Shown here: positions 25,994-32,398 of the stretch, one piece after another
How positions within the stretch are numbered: the stretch's first letter is position 1
How the letters are laid out: each line of letters opens with the position of its first letter
IMG/VR virus record: IMGVR_UViG_3300031566_000156
DNA length: 39,125 bases
Reading direction: 5' to 3' (one strand)
DNA from: a virus
The notes under the pieces: model-generated
The model's input: only the letters and a program-made list of their open reading frames with translations
Databases searched by the model: none
Told to the model about the DNA's origin: nothing
Translations under genes and position numbers: made by a program

Positions 25994-26158
25994 CTATTTA
26001 CTTTTAATTAAATCATTTTCTTTTAAAGAAAAGAAGTTCTGCAAGTCTGCATTAGTTGGTTTATAATAAGCTTCCAGTTCTTCGAATAAAGCTTTGTAAT
26101 CATCTTTCATATACAAGCATCCGTGCTTTGCTAATATTTTTTCTGCTTCTTTGTCCAT
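25994..26158 (-). CDS. Hypothetical small protein (54 aa), first gene of the packaging unit
   Basis: Hand-translated: MDKEAEKILAKHGCLYMKDDYKALFEELEAYYKPTNADLQNFFSLKENDLIKSK. The TAG stop lies 1 nt before the next ATG. Confidence 0.55.
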   Translation of the reverse strand: MDKEAEKILAKHGCLYMKDDYKALFEELEAYYKPTNADLQNFFSLKENDLIKSK

Positions 26159-26211
26159 TGTGTTTTATTTTAGTGTTTCAAATCCGTTAAAAATAAGTTA
26201 AATTATTTATA

Positions 26212-26242
26212 CAAAGATACTAAATTTAATTGTTATAATCAA
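26212..26242 (-). promoter_or_regulatory. Late promoter (packaging unit)
   Basis: -7 TATCTTTG (26212-26219), 20-nt spacer, -33 TTG (26240-26242), matching the Bacteroidota sigma-A-type consensus. Confidence 0.65.
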
Positions 26243-26257
26243 TTGTATGTAATTATT

Positions 26258-26482
26258 CTATCGTTCATAATCAATGATAATTACACTTGCAGGTAAATGA
26301 TACCATAATATAGCATCTACTAATTTAAATTGTAAATTAAACTCTTTGGCGTTCCTTTTGGCTATTTTTTTTCGCGTCTTTAAGGTTGGCTTACCTACTT
26401 TTATTTTTTCCCACTCTAATGCAATTTGATAAATGCAGTTAGATACATTCTGAGTGTGTTGTTCAAGATTTATAATACTCAT
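26258..26482 (-). CDS. Hypothetical protein (74 aa)
   Basis: ORF track. First ORF downstream of the repeat array. Confidence 0.55.
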   Translation of the reverse strand: MSIINLEQHTQNVSNCIYQIALEWEKIKVGKPTLKTRKKIAKRNAKEFNLQFKLVDAILWYHLPASVIIIDYER

Positions 26483-26692
26483 TATTTTTTTTAATTATTT
26501 AATATAGTTGTGGATATTTGGCATTTATGTTAATATTCCTAAAAATTCATTTAATAAATCTATCCGCAAATTTTACCATAAATATATTTTTCCCCCCCTC
26601 TTTACTTTTTTAAAAAGCATTTAAAAAGTTTCGTGCGTTTTTTATCATTTTTCGCTGTCATTTTATTTTTTTTGAAAACTAGAAAATGAACA

Positions 26693-27224
26693 CCCTATAA
26701 ATAGGGGCTTACAGAGGGGGCTAAATCAAAAATGTTCAGACTTTTTTGTCAAAGTTTAGGTTTTCAGAAATCGAAAATTTTTAAAAACTTTTTTTTCGTT
26801 TTCAAGGTTTCTAACTTTTCGAAAAAAGGTTTATACTTTTTCCTCGGTAAAAAGGTTTTGCGTTTTTGAAAATTTGCTTTATACTTTTTTGTCAAGAAAA
26901 AACTTTCCAACTTTTGAAAAAATACTTTTAACCTTGCGAGCAAAAATTTACTTTCTAAATTTTAAAAATTAGGTTTCAACTTTTTGGTTAAAATCTCAAA
27001 ACCTTTTTCTTAAAAAAATACTTTAAACTTTTTAGGCTAAAACTCAAAACCTAAATTTCGAAAAAAAGGTTTGTAATTTTTGTTCAACTTTCAGAAACCT
27101 AACTTTCGAAAAAAAACTTTCACACTTTTTACTTCCAGATAAAAACCTTTTTGAAAGAAAAAAAGTTTTGCATTTTTTGAAAAGTTAAAATCTCAAACCC
27201 TTATTTATAGGGGCTTACAGAGGG
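26693..27224. repeat. Iteron-like A/T-tract repeat array bracketed by direct repeats
   Basis: The flanks CCCTATAAATAGGGGCTTACAGAGGG (26693-26718) and CCCTTATTTATAGGGGCTTACAGAGGG (27198-27224) share 18 identical nt. Between them lie at least 12 degenerate GAAAAAA-NNTTT-NNN-ACTTTTT units plus two sharper sub-families. Confidence 0.85.
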
Positions 27225-27433
27225 TCACTTTTTAACTTTTTGCAAGTTTGTGCGATTTTTGCCGAAAAATCCTGAAACTTTTTATTTTTTTGAAAAAACT
27301 CAAAGAACGTTTTAATAATATATTTTTCGCTTAAAAAAGCTCAACCAATTCTTTCTTTCATCACAAATATACGAAATAAAATCTAACGCTTTCTTATTGT
27401 GTGATGCTAATAGTGGTTTAATGTATACCATAA

Positions 27434-27856
27434 TTATTTATTTGAATCAATTTCATTTAAAAAAGTTTGCCAATTAGGAAAATCAACATACATGCCACGC
27501 TTCCCAAAATTCATTGAAAATACATCTATCATTTCATTTATCATTTTAGTTGTTAATTGCTTGGTTGATTTAATATTAAACAATTCTTTTTGTGTTGGTT
27601 TCCAAATTGATTCTTTTATTAGTTCCATTGTAAATGGAATTTCAAAGCCTAATGAATTTGTAAATGTATATCCTGCATTGTTTAGGGAGTTTGCCCATTT
27701 TGTCATATATAAATGCAATGCTCTATTTTGTGAAGATGTTCTGGTTGTTGGTGTTAGTTTTTCTTTAAACCAATTAAATACTAGCACCTTATCAATTAAT
27801 CCAGTATTACAATTGAAATATTCAAAAAATTCTCTTCTTATTTTATCCCAATTCAT
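27434..27856 (-). CDS. ninB: NinB/Orf-family recombination mediator (140 aa)
   Basis: SSQNRALHLYMTKWA and STKQLTTKMINEMIDVF..FGKRG align by eye with lambda NinB (RSLDQNRKLWACL; STSRMRVGEFAELLELIQAFGTERG). Confidence 0.7.
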   Translation of the reverse strand: MNWDKIRREFFEYFNCNTGLIDKVLVFNWFKEKLTPTTRTSSQNRALHLYMTKWANSLNNAGYTFTNSLGFEIPFTMELIKESIWKPTQKELFNIKSTKQLTTKMINEMIDVFSMNFGKRGMYVDFPNWQTFLNEIDSNK

Positions 27857-27943
27857 TATTTTTAAGTTAATTTTAAATCTTTAAATAATTTGATGATTAC
27901 TTACTTATATATAGTATTTTATATATGTTTATTTATATATAAA

Positions 27944-28167
27944 TGTTATAGGGCATTTAAAGCCATTCTAACATCTTCCCAATATTTATGAGTTGATTTA
28001 TTTTGGTCAATAAACCAAGTTGGGTTTGAGTTCAATATTTCTTCTACTGCTATCAATGCGCACGTTTTTGCTGTTTTGCTATCAACATTACCATGTGTGT
28101 AGTACATTTTATTTGCTAATTCTACTGCTTTATCCTGTGGTGTCATAATTTAAAACGCCCTATAACA
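27944..28167 (-). repeat. Inverted-repeat-bracketed gene cassette (TGTTATAGGGC 27944-27954 / GCCCTATAACA 28157-28167)
   Basis: Perfect 11-bp inverted repeat. The 3' arm contains the stop codon, and the 5' arm lies 11 nt before the ATG at 28146. Confidence 0.75.
27946..28146 (-). CDS. Hypothetical protein (66 aa)
   Basis: ORF track. Confidence 0.6.
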   Translation of the reverse strand: MTPQDKAVELANKMYYTHGNVDSKTAKTCALIAVEEILNSNPTWFIDQNKSTHKYWEDVRMALNAL

Positions 28168-28169
28168 AT

Positions 28170-28277
28170 GTATATTATTCAGTGGCGTTATAGTGCTTAG
28201 TTTTAACCACTGTGCAGTCTTGCTAGTTTGTCGGTATGCGAAAAGTCCTGCAATCAATCGCCACCGAAATCATATAC
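28170..28277 (-). promoter_or_regulatory. Long-stem RNA hairpin element R2 (paralog of R1/R5)
   Basis: Arms GUAUAUGAUUUCGGUGGCG / CGCCACUGAAUAAUAUAC (about 17 pairs, one bulge, one mismatch). Followed by the 24-nt block 28280-28303, which is identical to 38047-38070. Confidence 0.5.
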
Positions 28278-28299
28278 TAAACGGTAGGCACAATAAAAA

Positions 28300-28485
28300 T
28301 TACTGCTTTCGTGCCATCATTCGGACGCATTCTTCTTTCATCATTTTTAGCCCACTTGCTTTCGTAACATCAGCAGAATAATCTTCACCAGACTTGTATT
28401 TTCGGATTATCTCTTTTTCAAGTTCTTTCAGTTCTTTATCGTACTCTAAAAACTGTTCGTGTATCATTTTAATTAATTCGCTCAT
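28300..28485 (-). CDS. Hypothetical protein (61 aa)
   Basis: ORF track. Confidence 0.55.
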   Translation of the reverse strand: MSELIKMIHEQFLEYDKELKELEKEIIRKYKSGEDYSADVTKASGLKMMKEECVRMMARKQ

Positions 28486-28517
28486 TTTATACCGTAATTT
28501 TAAAAGTGCCTAAATTA

Positions 28518-28733
28518 TTATGTCAATGATTTCCAATGGGTTGGCAATCTAAAATCTACCGTTCCACTAGCATTTTGTTTAATGCTAAAACTTCCATTTT
28601 CTCGCATTCTTCCAATACTTACCCATCCTTCACGTTCTGGAGCACCAACACCAGTTATTAAGTGCTGTAATTCTACCAACTCGTTTATAGGTGGTTTACT
28701 TTTTTCTAAACTTCTAAATCCGTTATATGCCAT
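28518..28733 (-). CDS. Hypothetical protein (71 aa), DUF551-like ending
   Basis: ORF track. The ...LPTHWKSL ending gives only a weak resemblance. Confidence 0.55.
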   Translation of the reverse strand: MAYNGFRSLEKSKPPINELVELQHLITGVGAPEREGWVSIGRMRENGSFSIKQNASGTVDFRLPTHWKSLT

Positions 28734-28753
28734 AATTTTTACTAATCATATAT

Positions 28754-29134
28754 TTATAGGGAATTTAAAAAACGCTGCGGAATAATCCAGTATCCATTTA
28801 ATGAAGTGCCATATAATTTTCTGCAATCATTAATCAACGTTCTATCAAATTTACCTTTAACAACCCTGCCATTTGGTAGTTTATATTTCTTTTTCGTCTG
28901 TACGATAATTGATAAATCATTTCCTAATGCATCAACTATAAATGGAGTTCCATAATCAATTAACGTATCTAAAGTTATTTTTGATTTATCCATTTTAAAA
29001 AACTCAATATCATCAATAGAATGCCCTTCTTTCATTGGCGCATTTGGGTTTTTATTCCAGTTCCTTTGAAAATCTTCATCTTTTAAAGTTTTCAAAAAAT
29101 CTATTAATTCTTTGTATTTTATTTCGTATTTCAT
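28754..29134 (-). CDS. Hypothetical protein (126 aa)
   Basis: ORF track. Confidence 0.6.
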   Translation of the reverse strand: MKYEIKYKELIDFLKTLKDEDFQRNWNKNPNAPMKEGHSIDDIEFFKMDKSKITLDTLIDYGTPFIVDALGNDLSIIVQTKKKYKLPNGRVVKGKFDRTLINDCRKLYGTSLNGYWIIPQRFLNSL

Positions 29135-29139
29135 AATTA

Positions 29140-29604
29140 TTATTTTACTTCAAACATTTTTCCTTTTGCCAATTCTTTTACTTTTCCCTTGTAAATTTCT
29201 ATTATTTCAATCATTAAAAATCTATCCTCTGGGAATTTTTCACGTTTTGAAATTAAGGCCAATTGATTTAATTTATCAAATCGCTCATCTCCTATTTTAT
29301 TTCTTAAATTAATAGCATAAGATGCAAAATCGTGTCCATAACAATTATCTTGCAATGATTGCAAATGAACATTATCTTCGTTAAATTCTAATGCTTTATA
29401 CTTACCAGCTGCAAAAAAATGACCTGCCTGAGCTTCTTTAGTTCCATATCTCAAAGGTTTCCCAGTCGCAATGCAATTCCCATGACCGTTATCATCTGTA
29501 TCTCTTAATCGGATAAACTTATGAAACCATTTTTTTGCTGTTCGATGCAAAGATGAATAACTTTTATTTTTATATTTATTTATTTGGTTTGTATTTAAAT
29601 TCAT
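29140..29604 (-). CDS. ninG: NinG/Rap-family recombination endonuclease (154 aa)
   Basis: CIATGKPL...AGHFFAAGKYKALEFNEDNVHLQSLQDNCYGH...NLRNKIGDERFDKL fits the lambda NinG family pattern. Confidence 0.7.
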   Translation of the reverse strand: MNLNTNQINKYKNKSYSSLHRTAKKWFHKFIRLRDTDDNGHGNCIATGKPLRYGTKEAQAGHFFAAGKYKALEFNEDNVHLQSLQDNCYGHDFASYAINLRNKIGDERFDKLNQLALISKREKFPEDRFLMIEIIEIYKGKVKELAKGKMFEVK

Positions 29605-29610
29605 AATTTT

Positions 29611-29820
29611 TTATTTAAACATTTCTAATATGTCATTATAACTCTGTTCAGATAGGGTATAATCAGTTCCATTTAACTTGTCTTCCAACCATTTAATATT
29701 AGGATGGTCTTTATTTTTACGAAAAATAACCCTAGCATTAACCCATCTTTCCCAGCATGCTAATTGTCTTATTGATACAGGGTCTTTGTAAATGTCAATT
29801 ACTATTTGCCGTTTTGCCAT
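29611..29820 (-). CDS. Hypothetical protein (69 aa)
   Basis: ORF track. Confidence 0.55.
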   Translation of the reverse strand: MAKRQIVIDIYKDPVSIRQLACWERWVNARVIFRKNKDHPNIKWLEDKLNGTDYTLSEQSYNDILEMFK

Positions 29821-30106
29821 TAATAATATGATTTATTTTATCAAGTTCTTTTTTTATAATATTGGCATATCCTTCCATCTGCCACGGTTCAATTAAACTT
29901 ATATCTAATTGCCTAATTGATTTGCAAATGTAAATTAATCTATCTGATTGATTCATTTGTTCATCTGCCATGATTAACAGTTCTATAAATGTCTTACCGT
30001 CTATTTCTGATTTTAGCGAATGCCTTGTCATCAATTTAAATAACAAAAATAAACATAAAGTAAGTAAACAAACAATAGTAATTAATAATAGTTGTTGTAG
30101 TTCCAT
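29795..30106 (-). CDS. Hypothetical membrane protein (103 aa)
   Basis: N-terminal helix LLLITIVCLLTLCLFLLF. The start lies downstream of motif A4. Confidence 0.55.
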   Translation of the reverse strand: MELQQLLLITIVCLLTLCLFLLFKLMTRHSLKSEIDGKTFIELLIMADEQMNQSDRLIYICKSIRQLDISLIEPWQMEGYANIIKKELDKINHIINGKTANSN

Positions 30107-30123
30107 TTTTTAATATTTAATGA

Positions 30124-30144
30124 GTTGGGTATATACATGTGTTA
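30124..30144 (-). repeat. Boundary motif A, copy 4 (TAACACATGTATATACCCAAC)
   Basis: 19/21 match to the consensus. The TAA inside it is the stop of 30142-30399. Confidence 0.65.
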
Positions 30145-30420
30145 TAAAGAATTGATGTTATCAATATATTCGTCAATTACCTTTATAACGTTTCCAAGTG
30201 CTTGAAATTTGCCAAATTCAAACATCTGCATAACTCTAATTTTAGGGTTGTCTTTTTCTTTTTCATACTTTTTATATTTTTCAGAATGTTCTTTCTTTTT
30301 TTGACATACATCATTTCTTAATCTCAATAGATATATTACACTATCTGGCGGCTCATGGTTTAATTCTAAAACTTCTGCCATTGCTAAATTACCATCCATA
30401 ATATAAACTCTTTATAACAC
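30139..30420 (-). repeat. Inverted-repeat-bracketed gene cassette (GTGTTATAAAGA 30139-30150 / TCTTTATAACAC 30409-30420)
   Basis: Perfect 12-bp inverted repeat. The 5' arm lies 9 nt before the ATG at 30399, and the 3' arm includes the last codons and the stop. Confidence 0.75.
30142..30399 (-). CDS. Hypothetical protein (85 aa)
   Basis: ORF track. Confidence 0.6.
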   Translation of the reverse strand: MDGNLAMAEVLELNHEPPDSVIYLLRLRNDVCQKKKEHSEKYKKYEKEKDNPKIRVMQMFEFGKFQALGNVIKVIDEYIDNINSL

Positions 30421-30494
30421 GGTGTAAAATGACCATGCTGTTAACAGCCGTTTTAATTTGAATCATTTTCGCTTGCACGGCATTTACACAAGCG

Positions 30495-30773
30495 TTAAAT
30501 AATCTTACTCATCTGGCCATCATCTACAAATATTCTGATAGGTGAAACATAAACATTTAATCCAATAATTGCATCATCATTATTAAATGCTATATTAGTT
30601 GTAACTTGTTCAGGATTTTTGTTTTCTTGAACTATTCCTATCCATTTATGATTTCCAGAATCAAAGCTACCATTATCCATTACAAAACCTGCTTTCCTAA
30701 ATGCTTTATCCATTAAATCATATAGAGTTGTTTCCTGTAACTTCCCATCTATATCTTTTATATATATTTCCAT
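30495..30773 (-). CDS. Hypothetical protein (92 aa)
   Basis: ORF track. Followed by a 95-nt GC-richer multi-stem spacer (30400-30494) that includes the palindrome GCTGTTAACAGC. Confidence 0.6.
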   Translation of the reverse strand: MEIYIKDIDGKLQETTLYDLMDKAFRKAGFVMDNGSFDSGNHKWIGIVQENKNPEQVTTNIAFNNDDAIIGLNVYVSPIRIFVDDGQMSKII

Positions 30774-30782
30774 AATATAAAT

Positions 30783-30998
30783 TTAATCATTTAAATTTAA
30801 GGAACCAATAAAATTATTATCTCTATCAGATTCATCTTTTATTTTACAGATTTCGGCAAGTTCCTTTTCGCCTTCATCTACTAAATTCTTTAATAACTTT
30901 ATTTTAGCTACTCTTCCATCATTTATTACCTGGAACTTGTATTGATGCCTTAATTCAGATAATGCTTTTAATTTTTGAATTATTATGTTATTTTCCAT
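30783..30998 (-). CDS. Hypothetical protein (71 aa)
   Basis: ORF track. Confidence 0.55.
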   Translation of the reverse strand: MENNIIIQKLKALSELRHQYKFQVINDGRVAKIKLLKNLVDEGEKELAEICKIKDESDRDNNFIGSLNLND

Positions 30999-31020
30999 TT
31001 TTTAATATTTTAATGTTAGG

Positions 31021-31041
31021 GTTGTGGACATATAGATGTTA
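31021..31041 (-). repeat. Boundary motif A, copy 5 (TAACATCTATATGTCCACAAC)
   Basis: 17/21 match to the consensus, in the same position relative to the stop and the next ATG. Confidence 0.6.
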
Positions 31042-31202
31042 ACGGTTATTTAAGATAGGTATTGCGCCAAATATAGCAGAAGCAGTTCCAATCAACATTA
31101 CCCACCAACATTTCATAAATACTTGCATTTGTGTTAATTCTGGATTCATTGTCCAATATACAAACGGTGTTAATATACATACTACAAAAACAACCGTTAA
31201 CA
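31037..31202 (-). repeat. Inverted repeat TGTTAACGGTT (31037-31047) / AACCGTTAACA (31192-31202)
   Basis: Perfect 11-bp inverted repeat. It is homologous to the 32105/32388 pair with one compensated A-T to G-C change. Here the 5' arm lies inside the predicted ORF (codons 15-18). Confidence 0.6.
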
Positions 31203-31245
31203 AAATGTATAGCGCATTGCGCAAGCCTTTTAATAATTTTTTCAT
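31039..31245 (-). CDS. Small membrane protein (68 aa, two hydrophobic helices)
   Basis: ALYILLTVVFVVCILTPFVYW and WWVMLIGTASAIFGAIPIL. Preferred over the overlapping 31046-31312 ORF. Confidence 0.5.
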   Translation of the reverse strand: MKKLLKGLRNALYILLTVVFVVCILTPFVYWTMNPELTQMQVFMKCWWVMLIGTASAIFGAIPILNNR

Positions 31246-31289
31246 AATATTTAAAGTTTTTAATTATTAATAAAATTTCTACGTATTCG

Positions 31290-31308
31290 ATGGCGCAACG
31301 AACGCCAT
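31290..31308 (-). other. Perfect hairpin AUGGCG-N7-CGCCAU after the stop of 31319-31579
   Basis: 6-bp GC-rich stem with a 7-nt loop and no adjacent U-run. It could be a terminator or stability element; function unknown. Confidence 0.4.
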
Positions 31309-31318
31309 ACATAAATCG

Positions 31319-31579
31319 TTAATCATTTATATATAAATTAATAATATCATTTTCATTAAAAAATATAGACCATATCATTAATGCCATGCTTAATTTAACC
31401 AATAAACTAAATGCATAACTAAATGACAAGTCAGAACAATTACCAATTACTTTAATTATTGATTGTTCTGGTTGCTCAGTTTTTAAGGATAAAAATTTTA
31501 CATTTATTTTATTTTCATTCATGGCAATTTTAACCTTCAATGCAAGGTATTTAATTATTGTTATTTGTTTTCCTGTCAT
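31319..31579 (-). CDS. Hypothetical protein (86 aa)
   Basis: ORF track. Its start overlaps the stop of the upstream 59-aa ORF (ATGA). Confidence 0.55.
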   Translation of the reverse strand: MTGKQITIIKYLALKVKIAMNENKINVKFLSLKTEQPEQSIIKVIGNCSDLSFSYAFSLLVKLSMALMIWSIFFNENDIINLYIND

Positions 31580-31755
31580 ATCCCTATGTTTTTAACATTT
31601 ATTATTTCATAATTTATCATCTTTGGGTGTTTGACTCTTAGATGAGTTGTAAGAACTTTTTTCGCATGCGTTAAGTCTATCACTTTATCAATGTTAATTG
31701 ATTTGTCTATGCGCTTGTTTTTGTACTTTAAACGGTAATTAATTGATAGTTTCAT
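31576..31755 (-). CDS. Hypothetical small basic protein (59 aa)
   Basis: Hand-translated: MKLSINYRLKYKNKRIDKSINIDKVIDLTHAKKVLTTHLRVKHPKMINYEIINVKNIGI. ATGA overlap with the next gene; one residue below the track cut-off. Confidence 0.6.
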   Translation of the reverse strand: MKLSINYRLKYKNKRIDKSINIDKVIDLTHAKKVLTTHLRVKHPKMINYEIINVKNIGI

Positions 31756-31767
31756 ATCTATAATTTA

Positions 31768-31962
31768 TTAATCAATAAATTTTGTACTCTTTACCTGAAT
31801 TACTATTTCATCCCTTACATTGTCTATTACATCTAACTGTATAGACTCTTGCTCTTCTATTGGAAGTTCTTTAAACTCTTTATATGTCATTCCAAAACAG
31901 TCTTCAATGTCAATTACATCTACCGTTAATTGTTCCCAGCTTATTATAAATTTTGTCTTCAT
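31768..31962 (-). CDS. Hypothetical protein (64 aa; track extends to 31986)
   Basis: The start at 31962 (MKTKFIISWEQ...) is chosen because the 34-nt leader upstream matches the leader of 32495-32731. Confidence 0.6.
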   Translation of the reverse strand: MKTKFIISWEQLTVDVIDIEDCFGMTYKEFKELPIEEQESIQLDVIDNVRDEIVIQVKSTKFID

Positions 31963-31999
31963 TTCATTTCCTTTTAAATTAAACATTAATTGTTTGTGA

Positions 32000-32079
32000 T
32001 GTAAAGATACAGCCTTTCGGAACTGGAAACTATGATATTTATCATGTTTTTGAATTGTTTGTGTTAATAAGTGTTAAAA
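32000..32079 (-). promoter_or_regulatory. Early promoter-operator cassette, copy 2 (74/80 identical to 1820-1899)
   Basis: Contains -7-like TATCTTTA (32002-32009), ATGATATTTATCAT (32032-32045) and TGTTAATAAGTGTTAAAA (32062-32079). Confidence 0.65.
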
Positions 32080-32088
32080 TTATTTTAA

Positions 32089-32109
32089 GTTGGGGATATA
32101 CAGATGTTA
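32089..32109 (-). repeat. Boundary motif A, copy 6 (TAACATCTGTATATCCCCAAC)
   Basis: 20/21 match to the consensus, immediately 3' of the bracket arm. Confidence 0.7.
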
Positions 32110-32398
32110 GCGGTTATTGGTGAGATATTAAACCACCTGCGTTATTTGGGTCTAAATACAAGCGTTCACCTTTTTTAAAATCTGAGGTGTTAACATCCGT
32201 AATAACATGCTCAATTTGTGGTTTCATTCTTAATAACCTCCTAATCCATCCACATTTTAATTTGCATCTACCTACCTGTAGTACGAAGTCATTTTCATCT
32301 TTTATATAGCAAAGTTCGCCCTCTTTAAATGCTATTCCTGTATTGTTTTTAACCTTAATTAACTTTTCCATATCTATAAGTAATAACAACCGCTAACA
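32105..32398 (-). repeat. Inverted-repeat-bracketed gene cassette (TGTTAGCGGTT 32105-32115 / AACCGCTAACA 32388-32398)
   Basis: Perfect 11-bp inverted repeat. A third copy, GTTAGCGGT (32482-32490), can pair with the 5' arm instead. Confidence 0.75.
32114..32371 (-). CDS. Hypothetical protein (85 aa; track starts at a TTG at 32389)
   Basis: The track start is a TTG inside the bracket arm. The ATG at 32371 (MEKLIKVKNN...) is preferred. Confidence 0.6.
   Translation of the reverse strand: MEKLIKVKNNTGIAFKEGELCYIKDENDFVLQVGRCKLKCGWIRRLLRMKPQIEHVITDVNTSDFKKGERLYLDPNNAGGLISHQ

Noticed and set aside
26509-26517. DnaA box-like sequence TGTGGATAT (reverse complement ATATCCACA).
   Set aside because: It is a single copy with a mismatch to TTATCCACA. 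One box is not evidence for a DnaA-dependent origin. It is mentioned only as context for the DnaA-domain-IV-like protein.
26719-27197. Possible CRISPR or mini-CRISPR array in the repeat region.
   Set aside because: The repeats are degenerate, overlapping and irregularly spaced (7-48 nt between cores). No unique spacers of constant length are present, and there is no leader or cas context.
26693-27224. The flanking direct repeats read as att sites or a target-site duplication of an inserted mobile element.
   Set aside because: There is no integrase, transposase or any ORF between or next to the repeats. At 18-26 nt with internal palindromes, they look more like recognition sites. The idea is kept only as a minor alternative.
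28182-28264. tRNA-like GC-rich islands: GTGGCG...CGCCAC here, and GCGGT...ACCGCC at about 32399-32478.
   Set aside because: No cloverleaf can be drawn. There is no GG-containing D-loop, no T-loop (TTCRANY), and no anticodon stem of the right spacing. The closing stems belong to the hairpin and bracket elements described above.
31046-31312. 88-aa ORF overlapping 31039-31245 in another frame.
   Set aside because: The translation is Cys- and Asn-rich and does not look like a protein, and it runs through the 31290-31308 hairpin. The overlapping 68-aa two-helix membrane ORF is more plausible.
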